Part shown: positions 51,856-64,000 of the stretch, one piece after another
Layout of the letters: each line of letters opens with the position of its first letter
Position numbering within the stretch: the stretch's first letter is position 1
NCBI GenBank assembly: GCA_022813865.1
Contig: JALDZX010000009.1
Location: 124,001 to 188,000 of the forward strand
Direction: 5' to 3'
DNA from: Xylographa opegraphella
Taxonomy: Eukaryota
DNA: 64,000 nt
Translations under genes and position numbers: made by a program
The notes under the pieces: model-generated
Databases searched by the model: none
The model's input: only the letters and a program-made list of their open reading frames with translations
What the model was told of the DNA's origin: nothing

Positions 51856-53239
51856 ATGGCGAGAAGACGCACGAAAAAGCGCACACACGTTGGTGCCTCC
51901 AATGGCACTTCGAAATCGCAGCCAGCAAACTCGTCTGCGAGCAGAGTACCAAAAAGCATGGTAATTCGTATTGGAGCTGGAGAAGTCGGCGCGAGCGTCA
52001 GTCAGCTTGTCAAGGATATAAGGGGGATGATGGAGCCTGGTACCGCAAGTAGACTGAAGGTAATGCAATCCCCGCTATCGACCAGCAGAGGCTCAGTCGT
52101 GACAGGAACGAAGATCCAATCGACTACGAGATTATACCACAATGGCTGGCCCGCTGGGCGTTTCCCATCTCCTTCTTTTCTCCCGTTCCACTACCGGTAA
52201 TACCAATTTGCGCCTAGCGCTCACTCCTCGGGGACCAACTCTACATTTCCGTGTCGAGAAATACTCCTTATGCAAGGATGTGCTAAAAGCTATGAAACAC
52301 TCGAAAGGGGGAGGAAAAGAGTACCTGTCGCCTCCGTTGCTCGTAATGAACAATTTCACCTCTCCTCAACCAGCAGATGGCGAAACCCCTAATGTACCGA
52401 AGCATCTCGAATCTCTCACGACTACGATATTCCAGTCTCTATTCCCACCTATCTCACCACAGTCGACCCCGTTATCCTCGATACGTAGGGTCTTATTACT
52501 GAACCGTGAACTACCTACATCGTCATCTTCATCGTCGAAAGCTGATGGATCATATGTTATCAATCTCAGACATTACGCGATTACCACCAAGCGCACCGGC
52601 CTTTCCAGGAGTATTAGACGGTTGAACGCTGCCGAGAAAATGATAAAAGAGAAAAAAAACAAGCGCAGCATACCAAATTTGGGAAAGCTCGAAGATGTGG
52701 CAGACTATCTGCTTGACCCTTCCGCTGCCGCAGGTGGATTCACATCTGGTAGCGAAAGCGAAGTGGAGACAGATGCGGAAGTCGAAGTCCTAGAAACGAC
52801 TGCACGGAAAGTCCTAAACAAAAAGCAGATGGAAGCATATCGTAAAAGTGATAGCAACGCATCACGTCCAGAAGGCCCGGCGGTGGAGAAGCGTGCTGTC
52901 AAACTCGTAGAACTGGGCCCAAGGATGAAGCTAAGGATGACAAAAGTAGAAGAAGGGGTTTGTAATGGTAAAGTTATGTGGCATGAGTTCTTGAGCAAGA
53001 CGAAGGAAGAAGTGAAAGAAATGGAGAAGGTGTGGGAACAGAGGAGGAGAGAGAAAGAGGCGAGGAAGAAGGTGCAGAAGGAAAATGTGGATAGGAAGAG
53101 AAAAGAAAGGGGTGCTGGCGAGAAGGAAGAGATAGGATATAATGAGGACGAGTGGGATAGTGAGGACCTGGTGGAGGATAGCGACGATGATGGTATGGAG
53201 GTTGATGACGACGGACCTATCCAAGTACCGGCTGGTTGA
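51856..53239 (+). CDS. SSF1: Brix-domain ribosome biogenesis protein Ssf1/Ssf2 (Peter Pan)
   Basis: [46 protein letters not shown]; intron 52060-52105. Confidence 0.95.
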
Positions 53240-53499
53240 GATATCAATGATACCAATTTTGAAATGTGCGGCCAGTCTTTCCCGTTGCAAGTAAATCATT
53301 AAGTTGAGAATCACAACAATAGGCAGCGCCTCCATTTCAATTGGCAGTTGCTTTATCAACCGATACAGCAGCGGAAATTAAGAGATTGAGGCGTAAAGGA
53401 TTTGTGTATTCCTCATGCCTTGCCCCTCCCCAAGTCTACCCTTCGGAGCGGGCTGAAGGATCTAGCTCACCTTCTACCGCATCACATTAGGAACTTGCT

Positions 53500-54560
53500 C
53501 TACTCCTTCAGGGCCAAAGCTCCTGGCCCGACAGGATGCACGATTCGACATCCGCCTTTTCTTCCCTTGTCGGTGTACTTAACGCAATCCAGACATAGAC
53601 CAGGGAAGGCCAGCTCGGCCAGTATTCAAATTTCTCCTACGCTAGCCCCAAAATTCAAGAAACATGAGTCGCATTTGATGGGGCCTTTCTCCACGTGTGG
53701 TATTGCTGGAAATTTGCATATCTCGAGCTTGGCGAATATCTGACTAAGAGAAACGCCATTTAACTCCCCTTGGATATTTCGACGACCGTGTCTATGCATC
53801 TGTTCATAAAAGCACCGAGGTAGTTGCTGTTGCATGCGGAAAAGTAGCGATTGTGGGCATAGGAGATGTCGCTCGTGGCATGACATGAGAATTCTTGATT
53901 CATTCCTGCCCAAGTCTTGACCAGCAGATCACTGACCATCTTGTCCAGGCTCCTCGGTATTTCCGTCTTTATTCTGCGATACTCTGCTTTTAGAGCTGCT
54001 TCGAATGTTAGTACGTGCGTAACAACCATGAACCCTCAAGATAATCATAGACATACAAGGTAAACCAACAGGAAACATTTTACGAACGCACACAGTTACA
54101 CGGTCAATGGTACCGAAGCCGGTATCCGTAACGCTGTAGACCATGCGTTTTGTAAAGAGCTGAAAGGAATCTGGCTAGCGTAAAGCAATAATTTAAGACA
54201 CCAGCCTGTCCATGAAGCATTTTCAGGGAGTTCGTCAATCAACTACTTGAATGACAGCGCACTGCAAATCCCCGTGGACCGAGTACAGTCGTATTTGTCG
54301 GACAGAATGGCCATTTGATCCATAAGCTCGGGCTTTGGTTCCACCTTCAGTACGTCGGATCGATGATACAGGATCATGCACAACAGCGTGATGGCCGCTG
54401 GACTACTGTGATTCTGAGCCGAGGCGGTAGAGCACCATAAAGATAGACCTGGAAGTCAGCGTGCAGAGAGAATTCATCACCACATGCATGAGATGAAGCA
54501 AGAAAACAAGACTTCTGCTCCGAAAGACCTCATCAAATTCCCGTCGATTATTCCAAGCAT
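53500..54560 (-). pseudogene. Decayed BTB/POZ-domain gene (paralog of 55342-56451)
   Basis: AAITLLCMILYHR...MAILSDKYDC, DSFQLFTKRMVY and FPGLCLDCVK fragments with stops (e.g. 54243-54245, 53626-53628) and frameshifts. Confidence 0.75.
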
Positions 54561-54566
54561 AGGTAA

Positions 54567-55094
54567 TCAGACATAAAACAAGACCAGATTTGATGGAATT
54601 CCTGCGTCCTTTGTTACGTTCAAACCTATTCTACCACGTCTGAGGAACTGAAGCAAAGCGTGCCAAGCATGGCAACACCTTCTCCAACTCCTCCTGATCC
54701 CTAATAAGGAATTCATCAAGCGACTTCTCTTGGGAACATCAGGCTTCCCGTTCAAGACAAAATCCAGAAAAAGTCCTAGGAAAGCATCTGTGACCTTCTT
54801 CCTCACGTCCTGGAGCTCCATATTGAATTTGTGGATGTATTGACTGCACTCCGCCATGGTCAAGGGAGTGTTTGTTGGCTTTCTGAGGAGTGACAAAGCT
54901 ACATTCCCCGAAAGTTTCAAAAGTGCGGAAAAACTCTGACTATCGACAGCGGTCGTCAAAGGATACAGATTGCATCGCAAGCGCTCCCTGCAATAGTAGT
55001 AAACTCGGTTGCTGTCACACTCACAGACGATCGTGCTCTTATCAATGACACTTTCAAACATATAATACCGTCGCAGAGATGTGAAGACCACCAT
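54567..55094 (-). pseudogene. C-terminal fragment of a further BTB-gene paralog
   Basis: CECDSNRV...NLYPL and VRKKVTDAFLGLFLDFV resemble ECSCARI...GLYPL and LRQEVEDDFRGFCLDCI of the intact copy. Confidence 0.5.
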
Positions 55095-55341
55095 GACAAG
55101 GTTGGCATCGACAGTTGAAACACATAGAGATCATGTTCAAGGCTTGCTCAAATGTCCCCCAAAATAGCTAGTATTCGTCGGCCTGTAAGATATCCAGGTC
55201 CAGATGATTTGCCTCTACATCCCACAACGACTGGATTGGCAATCGTGCATTTATTTCAAGATTTCCACCACGGATGTACTCATGCAATGAACACTTGTTT
55301 GAGAGCTCTTGTGGGGGCGTGGCTGTGATGAAATCCACGGG

Positions 55342-56451
55342 TTACACAACATGCATGGCGTCTGACAAACGACAACCCGTTCCTTCGGGTCCTTTGGACC
55401 GGATACAATCCAAGCAGAACCCTCTAAAATCGTCTTCAACCTCCTGTCGTAACTTTTCCACTGCCCCGTTGAAGTCTGTCTTGCACGATGGGCAATGTGA
55501 GAAATCCCCCAGCCTGTTTTCAGGCACCATAATATTGAAGTGAAGTAAACTCGTGAGTATTGTCTCAAGGCTCATTGGAGCCGTAAGCGTGAGAGGGTAT
55601 AAACCCACCTGAACTAACTGATGCAAGAACATCGTGATTCGAGCGCAGCTACACTCGGATATATAATCCTGGCTATGGGATGAAATATTGTGCCAGGACT
55701 TTCCGCGAATTGGTCCCTCGGCCAGCATAGGCTTGGAAAGAAGTTTCATAAGAATGTTTTCGAGGCCTTGATGGAGTCTGCGTTTTAACGTGAACTGTAG
55801 CCTCACGTGTGATTCTGTAGATTGAAATCAGTTGCAAAGTCCTCTGAGACCTTGGACATCCGTACCAATAAGTCCATCGGGAAGCAATGCCCTTATAGTA
55901 TTGTCTACGCCCAGAAGTACTGACTCGAACACCTCAGACACATCAATGCCAGGACTGGTAAAGACCAATTGTCTACTGACTTTTTGGAAAGCGATCGGCT
56001 CATCCAACACAAAAGCTGCGAACAACAAATCTCCCATGTCGGACTCAATGATCTCGGACTTCAGTAAGCTAGTAAAGGATATGCTGCTGTAATGTGAAAT
56101 CGCCTCCAAACAGTCATATTTGTCGGTGATGATGGCTAGCTGCATAAGAGATGAGCCGGAATGTGATCTGGGAACATTTCTGGTCCGGTGATGCAAGATA
56201 TTGCACAGCGTAGTCATTGCGTTGGCATCGTCTTCCAACTCCACTTGACGGGCCTCGCCAAGCTGAAGCTTGCGACCTTCTGCGAAATTGGAGCGAAACA
56301 TTGCTTTGAACACAGGAGAGCCAAGGCTGAGGGCTTTGGAGGACACTCGGATTCTGTGGTCATCGGGAAGTTGGAAGACCACGTCCCCGTCAGGATCGAT
56401 CTCCTCAATGCAGTTCTTGACCGGCTGCTCTGTAGACTTGCCTTCCTCCAT
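55342..56451 (-). CDS. Fungal BTB/POZ-domain protein
   Basis: IDPDGDVVF...RVSSKALSLGSPVFKAMF...EDDANAMTTLCNILH...TDKYDC; intron 55815-55865; C-terminal GFCLDC. Confidence 0.85.
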
Positions 56452-56925
56452 ATGGATGAGCGATGAAACTGTGTCGATATTGTAGTACGCAAAACAGTTT
56501 GAACCTCAGGGACAACTAGTCGGCGAGACTAGTTGTTGAGGTTACACCAGTATTAACGTGGCGATGCCAATATCCTTAAGAAGGCGACACTGGCCAATTA
56601 GACAATGAGGCGTCTTTATCAATTTCGATTATAATTTCGGTGCACGAATAACGACAGCGGCCTGCTCGTTTGTCACAATCGTACATTGCATACCACACCC
56701 TGATCTATGTAATCCTTGTTGTTATTCTGTGGGTCCGTCCATGAGGGCTAAAGTCGCAGAGAAAAAGAAACAAAGTTTCTCTACAATCTCGAGTTGTTAT
56801 GATCTGTCTACGAGACTAAGCTCTCATTATAGAAGGAGTAAATCTTTTTACTCTGATAACTCTCCGCAATATCCTATGGTGCAAGGCTCTTAACAACTAG
56901 CCTCGTTAAGCAAAGCAGTAACAAT

Positions 56926-57700
56926 TCATTCTTGTAGGTTGAGCCCCAGGAAACTTTCGAAATTCTTCTCGTCCTGGGTCGCACTAGCCGGGCCACTTTT
57001 GACCCGTGCGAGACGATAGCCATCGAATGAGTTCATCAGCTTGACTTCAATGATCGTTGTGTGCATCAGAAGCCTCGCTAGGCAGATAAAACAGTCAATA
57101 CCGTCGTGACTGGGCAACTCTCGCCGAACGGAGAAGTTACATGCTTTTGATATCAATCGCAGAGCTGTAGAGCCTTTGGTTCTCAGTGCAAGACTGACTG
57201 AATACAGTCTGTGGAAAGATGACTGCTTAAAGGACTAGCACAGCCTTCTACCATCGCATTCGTAAGCATTGCCTCGGTCAAGAGAGCCTATACTGCAATG
57301 GTTGACTCCTCTAAGAAGGGTTCGTGCACCGGTAAGTGTAACGAAGATCTCGTCCACCACTTGACAAATAACTCCACATCCAACATTAGTTACCTCTTCT
57401 GCCCGTGGTCTTCCCTGGAGACGGTGACCATAACCTGTAAGTAGAACTCAAATTAGCCTTATGGCAGGTACACACCAAGCAGGTTCCCAGAACTAGTCCT
57501 GGCTTGTAGATCGTCATAGCTTAGGTGTCATCTTTCGGAAGTGGAAAGTTGAGTGGTTGACCGCCGCCGATAGCAATTTCCGTCACATATGAGCAAACGT
57601 ATATCTCTGCACCTTGCACCACGAGGAAAACATCTCCACCGTGAGGATCGCTATCAGTCATAGCTTTATCGATGGCAACGGCCAAAGCTTTTGCCATTAA
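56926..57700 (-). pseudogene. Heavily decayed BTB-gene paralog
   Basis: DSDPHGGDVFLVV, LPKDDT*AMTI and CFIC...FDGYRLARVKSG fragments, in the expected order. Confidence 0.45.
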
Positions 57701-58165
57701 CAGGAGCATGAGACAAGGAGCTCGAGGCGAAACGCTCATAAAATGGAGTCGAACAGGCAGATATCCTACCTGGCGAGACCGGTATAAAAGCTCCAGATGG
57801 AAGCGATTTTGATGAGGTATGATAGCTGAGGACGTGTGAAGTACCGGAAAATAGACCGAAGTACCAAGAAGTTCGTATCATTGTCGACCTCTCCATGAGT
57901 GATTTTGACCCAGGCCAAAGCGGCGGTGCGGCGAATCGTACTAGCAAAAGCTCGGCATCAATGATAAGCGCCTTGTTATGACAGCAGGCGGGACCCCATG
58001 CGGCGAGAATGGCTTGATGATGATGCCAAATGGCAGAGTATAGAGAAGGTAGCTGTTGCAGTAGGGTAGATAAGTCCCTTCTCCAATTCAAGACCAACAG
58101 CTGTTGTATGCCGATCCACAATGACAAGATGAATATGATCAAGATCCCACAGGATTGAAGGCATG

Positions 58166-60127
58166 CTACCACCCAAATTTTTCAACACTGACATTGACGT
58201 TCCTTCCTTTCACCTGAAGCGCCGAACATGCATTATGCACCGCCCTGCCCATACCGTCCGGTCCCGAGCATACAACACCCGTCCTCCCACAGCCATCATG
58301 AAATTCGTCGTCGTTATCCATGATCCATGTCTCCACGATAGAAGCAATATCTGGACGGCCACCTATTTCGGTGGCAGCTGGTATCATAACTGTTACTCCA
58401 TGCAAGCGAAGCTCTTCAATCTGGTCCTTTCCTAACCATGACAAATGCCCAGTCTTCTGCACGATCCATATGAAAAGAATCTTTTTCTTCCATGACGAGT
58501 CGGGAGTGCTCTCTAGATCAGCGGGGTTGTTGTTGTTCGCTGCCGCGATGGCCCAAACAAGTGGCCATGTGACAGCTATCCCACTTCCTCCAGCAACAAT
58601 AACACAACTATCGCTATCTTGTAGCATTTCCAAAGCATCTTGAGAACCATAGGGTCCATCAAGTCGGACTCTTGCTTCAGCATGGCCTTGGGCATACCGC
58701 AAGAGGTCGCTGGAAAATCCATCTTGTGCTCGAATAATAAAATTCATTTCACCTGTAAGATCATCTGAGGCAGGAGCTCGAGAAGCAATGGTGAACGGAT
58801 GGCTTTGAACGAGGTGTTTGTGCGATATGTCTGGAACACTGAGAAAAACGTGATCTGTTGTCCTCCACCCATTTGCAACGTTGTGACCAAGTATTCTGTT
58901 GATGAACGGTGCCTTCGCAGAGATGGGAACAGCGACATAGAGGCCCACGGTCTTTTGGTCCTCATACACGGTAAAACTCCCTCGGTACGTTCGAGTTTTC
59001 AACGTCATACGGTACACAAGCCTATCGACGAGGAATATTGCAAGGGCAATAACGGTGTATATCTTACTACCGTGGTGATGGTAGAAGAGAAGGATAAGAG
59101 CAGCCACCTGTAAGAAGATATGAAGCGCGAGGAACAGTTCATACCACCGCCTGCGAAAGGTTCCCAACGATGTGAAATAAATAGCCTCGTACGCGACGAA
59201 AGCCCCGATTCCCAGCAGAATCATATTACTCAAAAGAAACGTGGTAAGGGTGAGACCGACGGGGCGTAGAAGCGTATACCAGACGCCAACCATTCCTGCA
59301 GAATGAAGAAAAGCAAGAAGACACATGATTTCTCCAAGCCTTCTGTGTATTATATTCAAAGACTCATATGAGTAGCCTGTGAGCATCTTGATAGGCTGAT
59401 TTTTAGCAGCAAACAAATAAAACCACGGGAGATTGGCAACGAAGACCAGGGAAGCTCGATCAGCAAATACAAAGAGCATAGGGAAACTGAGAGGCACTTT
59501 GTATAATGTATAGAACAGATTGATTGCGATGAGAAGCAAAATAACCACAGATGTGCCGTTGGATGGCAAGACTTTGTTCACTATTGGGATAGGTTTTGGC
59601 TGATACGTGAGCCATGCTCGGACTTGTGGTGGCGGCCAGATTCGCCAACCCTTCGCGCTCTGGTTCTCTTGATGCTTCAGCAGCGTAGTCCGTTCATCCG
59701 CTTGATGTATAGATTTTGGTGTAGGCGGACCTGTCCCTTGTAACGTACTACTCGATGACGATGAAGATATGCAATGGGTCTCCTCCGACGACTTTCGCGC
59801 CTTCTGAGGATCCTCCTCATCTTCAATCCCATTGCGTCCCACCGCGTTCCTTCGGCCCTTGCTGATATGAGTCTTCCGCTTCCATCTTCTGTATTTTGTG
59901 GTCCAGTGTGCCAATGTGAAGACCAGAAGTAGACAGACGGTGACAGCCTGATAGGTCACAATGAACCGCCGGGAGAAGAGGATACCAGCAATCAATGCTC
60001 GAAATTGGGCATTATTTCTGCCAGGCGAGTCCTCTGTGGTATCTTCAGTTTGCAATGTCGACGAAGTTGCACGCAAAGCAAAACGTAAGGCAGTACTCAG
60101 ATCAGAGCTACTGATGACATTCTCCAT
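58166..60127 (-). CDS. Ferric reductase-like transmembrane oxidoreductase (FRE family)
   Basis: HRRLGE...HS and YELFLALH heme ligands, HPFTIAS FAD motif, LDGPYG, VAGGSGI, VCSGP, EKFGW. Confidence 0.92.
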   Translation of the reverse strand: MENVISSSDLSTALRFALRATSSTLQTEDTTEDSPGRNNAQFRALIAGILFSRRFIVTYQAVTVCLLLVFTLAHWTTKYRRWKRKTHISKGRRNAVGRNGIEDEEDPQKARKSSEETHCISSSSSSSTLQGTGPPTPKSIHQADERTTLLKHQENQSAKGWRIWPPPQVRAWLTYQPKPIPIVNKVLPSNGTSVVILLLIAINLFYTLYKVPLSFPMLFVFADRASLVFVANLPWFYLFAAKNQPIKMLTGYSYESLNIIHRRLGEIMCLLAFLHSAGMVGVWYTLLRPVGLTLTTFLLSNMILLGIGAFVAYEAIYFTSLGTFRRRWYELFLALHIFLQVAALILLFYHHHGSKIYTVIALAIFLVDRLVYRMTLKTRTYRGSFTVYEDQKTVGLYVAVPISAKAPFINRILGHNVANGWRTTDHVFLSVPDISHKHLVQSHPFTIASRAPASDDLTGEMNFIIRAQDGFSSDLLRYAQGHAEARVRLDGPYGSQDALEMLQDSDSCVIVAGGSGIAVTWPLVWAIAAANNNNPADLESTPDSSWKKKILFIWIVQKTGHLSWLGKDQIEELRLHGVTVMIPAATEIGGRPDIASIVETWIMDNDDEFHDGCGRTGVVCSGPDGMGRAVHNACSALQVKGRNVNVSVEKFGW

Positions 60128-60324
60128 GACTTACGAAGCACTTGCCACTTTCCGATCAACTGGCATGAACGAGCTGCGACGAAGAGACTGATAACGCGAT
60201 GACGCTATCGATTGTTGACTTCCAGATGCCTAATGCCGATGAGGAATAGCCTCATTATACTCGATCCTTGCAGCCAAACGTGTAGAAAGCCACAGCAACG
60301 ATCATGATCAGCACCCTCTATCCA

Positions 60325-61173
60325 TTACTGCACTTTGCTCCACAGGCTGCTTATCTGGCTCCAATATCGTTCACGCTCCAACCTCATATGAGCCACATGC
60401 CCCGTGTTCTCAAACATCTCCTTCCTCACCTGATATCCCTTCGCCTCTGCCTCATCCGCATGGTCCTCCACATCCTTCCACGATACCAGCCTGTCGGCTT
60501 TTGAGTAGATATATTCCCTGGTCGCGTTGACAGTAATGAGATCTGGATCATTCAGCTCTTCCCACACCCGATCTATGGTGTTCGTCCATCCAGTAACTGT
60601 GACGACGGCCCAAAATAGGAACAAGAACAAGTACAGGAGTGCCAGGCCGGGAAGGCGTAAGTACCAGGCCTGCGGCATCTCGTATGCCAGGGCTTCAGCA
60701 GAGCGCTCGAACGTCGCTTTCCCTGGCGCACTATCCAGGACAAGTGCGTTCATTGGCAGGAGGCGACCTTGTGTTGCTTTGTAGAGCTTGGCTAGCCTCC
60801 ATAGCTTATGGGATCCACCGTTTGAGAACAAATGGACCAAGCCTCGCGCCTCAGGATTCGCAGTGAGGATCTGTATGACAGGCTCCAGCTGAAGCTTTTT
60901 TGAAGCGCTGCTGCCAAAGACGAAATCTGTAAATGCAGAGGTGACGAGTATGATCTGGGCCGCCGGATAAAGCTCAATGTAGGCAGGAATGTACTTGGCC
61001 ACATGCTTGATATTGGCACCTGACCATGACAACAGGAGTACTATGTCTGGATGGCCAAGTTTTGTTGTAGCCTGGTCCGATTTCGTTGTAGATGCCGGCG
61101 CCTCATAGACAAAGACCGAGGGGTTGTACCGAACGAAATGACTCGACAGAATCGAAGATGTATTTCTAGCCAT
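60325..61173 (-). CDS. DUF829 / PaxU-like alpha/beta-hydrolase-fold membrane protein
   Basis: LLSWSGA..KHVAKY, HLFSNGG, LDSAPG, YIYSKADRLV, HVAHMR...YW. Confidence 0.88.
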   Translation of the reverse strand: MARNTSSILSSHFVRYNPSVFVYEAPASTTKSDQATTKLGHPDIVLLLSWSGANIKHVAKYIPAYIELYPAAQIILVTSAFTDFVFGSSASKKLQLEPVIQILTANPEARGLVHLFSNGGSHKLWRLAKLYKATQGRLLPMNALVLDSAPGKATFERSAEALAYEMPQAWYLRLPGLALLYLFLFLFWAVVTVTGWTNTIDRVWEELNDPDLITVNATREYIYSKADRLVSWKDVEDHADEAEAKGYQVRKEMFENTGHVAHMRLERERYWSQISSLWSKVQ

Positions 61174-62106
61174 GTCAATAGTTTAATTTCATAGACCTAG
61201 ACTACCTGATATTGAAACGACGAAAGGCTGCCTTCCCTATTCCGACCAACTCTCGCGAACCGCCTGATGAGTAGCAAATGAAACTCTTTTGTCACTCGGC
61301 AGCGGTTCCGCCTACGTCGGCTTCCTACATAACGTGTGTCAGGCACTTTTTTCCAGCAATTGTTCCTTGCACGCGTAGACATCCCAATCTATCTATTCAA
61401 CCTACGCCAAAGCGCAACCAAAATACGGCGACGGAGAAAACTCCGTGCATCACCCCCGCTTTCAATCATATCCAGTGGATATCCATCTCGTCCGTCATAC
61501 AGCACACACCCAAGCAACGCGTGCGCGAGTAAGTCTCCCCCAACCATCTCACCAGTCGCGCGGAGCTCTTGGCCGTAGCGATATATACACGACACCCATC
61601 TCCACAGCGCCCCTCCACCACCTCACCCGCATCCACATCTCAACGAAGCACCCTCCTCCCTCCTCTCCCCTCCCCTCCCCTCCCCTCCCCTACCCACCAT
61701 GTCTATGCATCTCTCACCAATGCGCAACAAAACCGCCGTACAAACCTGCGTTTACTTCACTCACGCATTCAACGGCCTCGAGACCCGCGAAAATCCCCAG
61801 CCCCTGTGCTCGCCCCAACAGCCTCGTCCCCGCGAGGCGACACAGCTGCGAGGGAAGAACCAGACGTCGAAACCCCTTTCGTCTTCTTTCGCACTAGTAC
61901 CGACGGGTTTATATTCCTACCTACTACGCGGTATCCTGGGGGATAGTGTGATCTCCGATGATATTAGCAACTGTCGTGCCTATTAAGCCTTACCCACCAC
62001 CACCAGCTCAATCTCCCTCTCCCTCTCCTCCCTGCCTCCCCCTCCACCCCCATCTCACCCATATCCCTCCCCCTTCCATCTCGCGACCCAGCCATGCCAG
62101 CCCCAC

Positions 62107-62135
62107 CATCCTCATCCTCATCCTCATCCTCATCC
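62107..62135. repeat. (CATCCT)n hexamer repeat in a low-complexity region
   Basis: read directly. Confidence 0.85.
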
Positions 62136-62980
62136 CCACCACACTCATCCCCATCCTCATCCTCAACCCCGTGCAACCGTACAACGGTGCTTACCGTAGA
62201 CTCGCCAATAGGGGAGGAGGTACCTTAAGCAGGCAGGTGCGTAAGCGCGCCGAGGCCAGTCTTGTGAAACGTACCGTGTATAACGAGCGGACGAGACGAG
62301 CACGACGTGCGGAGGGGGCGGGGCAGTGGAAAACAGCGACGCTTGAAAGGCGGGCGGAAGGGGGGGAAGGGAGAACGGGATCGCAAGTGGGAGCTGGATC
62401 TGAAGAGGGAAGGGGAAAGGAAGTATGCCAGTAACCCGAAGAAGAAGCAAGTACATTGCACGCCATGAATCACAAAATCCGAAGCAGCCACCGAAAAGCC
62501 CAACCTCATAAGACGAAGCATGCCTACCATTCATCACCCACCCCTTCCCCAAACCCCCCGAACCCGAGTCCAAGCCACACACAGTTTATGTACAACGTAA
62601 AGCCCGCTAGGACCCTCACCAGAGGTATCCCAACCAAAAAGAATGCCCGTACCGTCATACATCCGCCCCAAGCGTACACCGTCAGCGACGCCGATGTCGG
62701 GGGAACGACCCGTCCGCTTATTCCCCCCCCCCCGTCCCAGTAGCACGCCTGCTAGCCATACAATCGCCCAAACCAACCGATGGTGACCCCACTCGAAAAC
62801 CCCCTTTTTTCACGCCGGAGCAGATGGAAGATAACGCACACAGGACCCCGAACCGATGGGGTATATAAACCAGGAAAAGATGACCAGACGCCAGATCTGG
62901 GCCGAGATCATTCGCTAATAAAAAAAAAAGGGGGGACGAAAATTTGGATCAGGATGAATTTGCGTATGCGACAGAGGATT

Positions 62981-64000
62981 CTACACGTCCTCTTTGACGG
63001 TCTCGATATTGGTGGCACTCGCTGCGGGTTTGAGCTCGATCGGGATATCTCCAAACCGAACGGCGACCTTTGACATGTTGTTTAGGAACGCCAAAGCTCA
63101 AGGACAGAGTTCGGGCTCACCTTCAGATTCCCCTCTTCGATTTCTTTCTGCAGAGCAGTAAGCCTGCTGCCCTTGGGCACCGATCTCCACGCGGGCCGAC
63201 CACTATCGAAGACGACGTCCATCTCCTCCAAGGTCTTCCCTTTGGTCTCAGGGGCGGTCAAGAACATGTGGATAAAGGCGAGGCCGTTGAAGGACGCAAA
63301 AAGCATGTACAGGCGCCAGTTGATATTCCAAAGAAGCGGCGGCACGGCGAACGCAAGCGCACAATTCCAACCCCAATTCGAGGCGGTGGCGAGTGAAACC
63401 GCCTTGGCACGGATTTGAGACGGAAAGATTTCGGCCGGATACGTCCATGATGTGGGACCCTGACCGTGTTAGGGTTTGGGCTTCGGTGCCGTATGAAAAG
63501 ACGCTTGACTTACCCACGTGATGGAAAATGTTGAGACGAAGAGATATGTGAAAACCACAACCGCCAGCTGAACGGGACGGTTGTCTTCAAGGATCCATGA
63601 AATGGCCGATAGAGGTCCCGAGTCGGCATGAAAAGGTTGTCCGTACAACGCTTGCAATGCCCCCACAATGAACAGGAAGATCATCATCATGAAAGAGCCG
63701 ACCAAGAGAGACGGACGACGACCCCATTTGTCGAGAAAAAGGATGGCCGGGAGGGTAAGTACGACATTCAGAATATACTGAATAGCAGATGTGAGAAGAG
63801 GATCGCCGATATTGGCGGCTTCCATGGCATAGACAATATAGTACATCCTGTCAGACGTTAGTGGGTTGGCCGGAAGGACATAGCAGTACAGCACGCACAT
63901 CACGTTCATGCCACAAAGTTGAGACCACATCTGAATGGACATGCCGAGGATGACTCGTCTGAACATCCGAGGCTCCGTAAGAAGGGTCCAGTCGGGTTTC
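62981..64000 (-). CDS. 3' part of a sugar porter (MFS hexose transporter, Hgt1-like), truncated by the window end
   Basis: QMWSQLCGMN, LDKWGRR, WTYPAEIFP..IRAK, NWGWN, PETKGKTLEEMD; three introns; TAG 62981-62983. Confidence 0.92.

Noticed and set aside
61445..62776. Overlapping ORFs in a low-complexity region
   Set aside because: Driven by C-rich and G-rich repeats; no recognisable protein features.

Overview
Gene-dense, intron-containing genomic DNA of a filamentous ascomycete (Pezizomycotina; short GT-AG introns with CTRAY branch points). It carries about 25 genes. Housekeeping genes: SCH9, RSC7, CLG1-type cyclin, RPT5, trimethyllysine dioxygenase, MaoC-type peroxisomal dehydratase, NADAR, HMT1, PER1, PCM1, the RRP3/SSF1 divergent pair, a ferric reductase, DUF829 and DUF3292 proteins, two MFS transporters, and tRNA-Ala(TGC). 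There are also several decayed accessory genes. The strongest unusual signal is a zinc-dependent cytidine/dCMP-deaminase-fold gene (8410-10194, minus strand). After splicing, its HxE and PCxxC halves lie in different reading frames, with codon usage favouring the +1 frame, so it is a candidate for programmed +1 frameshifting or split expression. Other recoding or splicing candidates are a JlbA/IDI-4-like bZIP gene with an ATF4-like uORF layout, a SCH9 leader uORF and exitron, two otherwise intact genes interrupted only by in-frame TAG codons, and non-canonical introns. A decaying tandem array of BTB genes is also present. All gene models were read by eye; no database searches were run.
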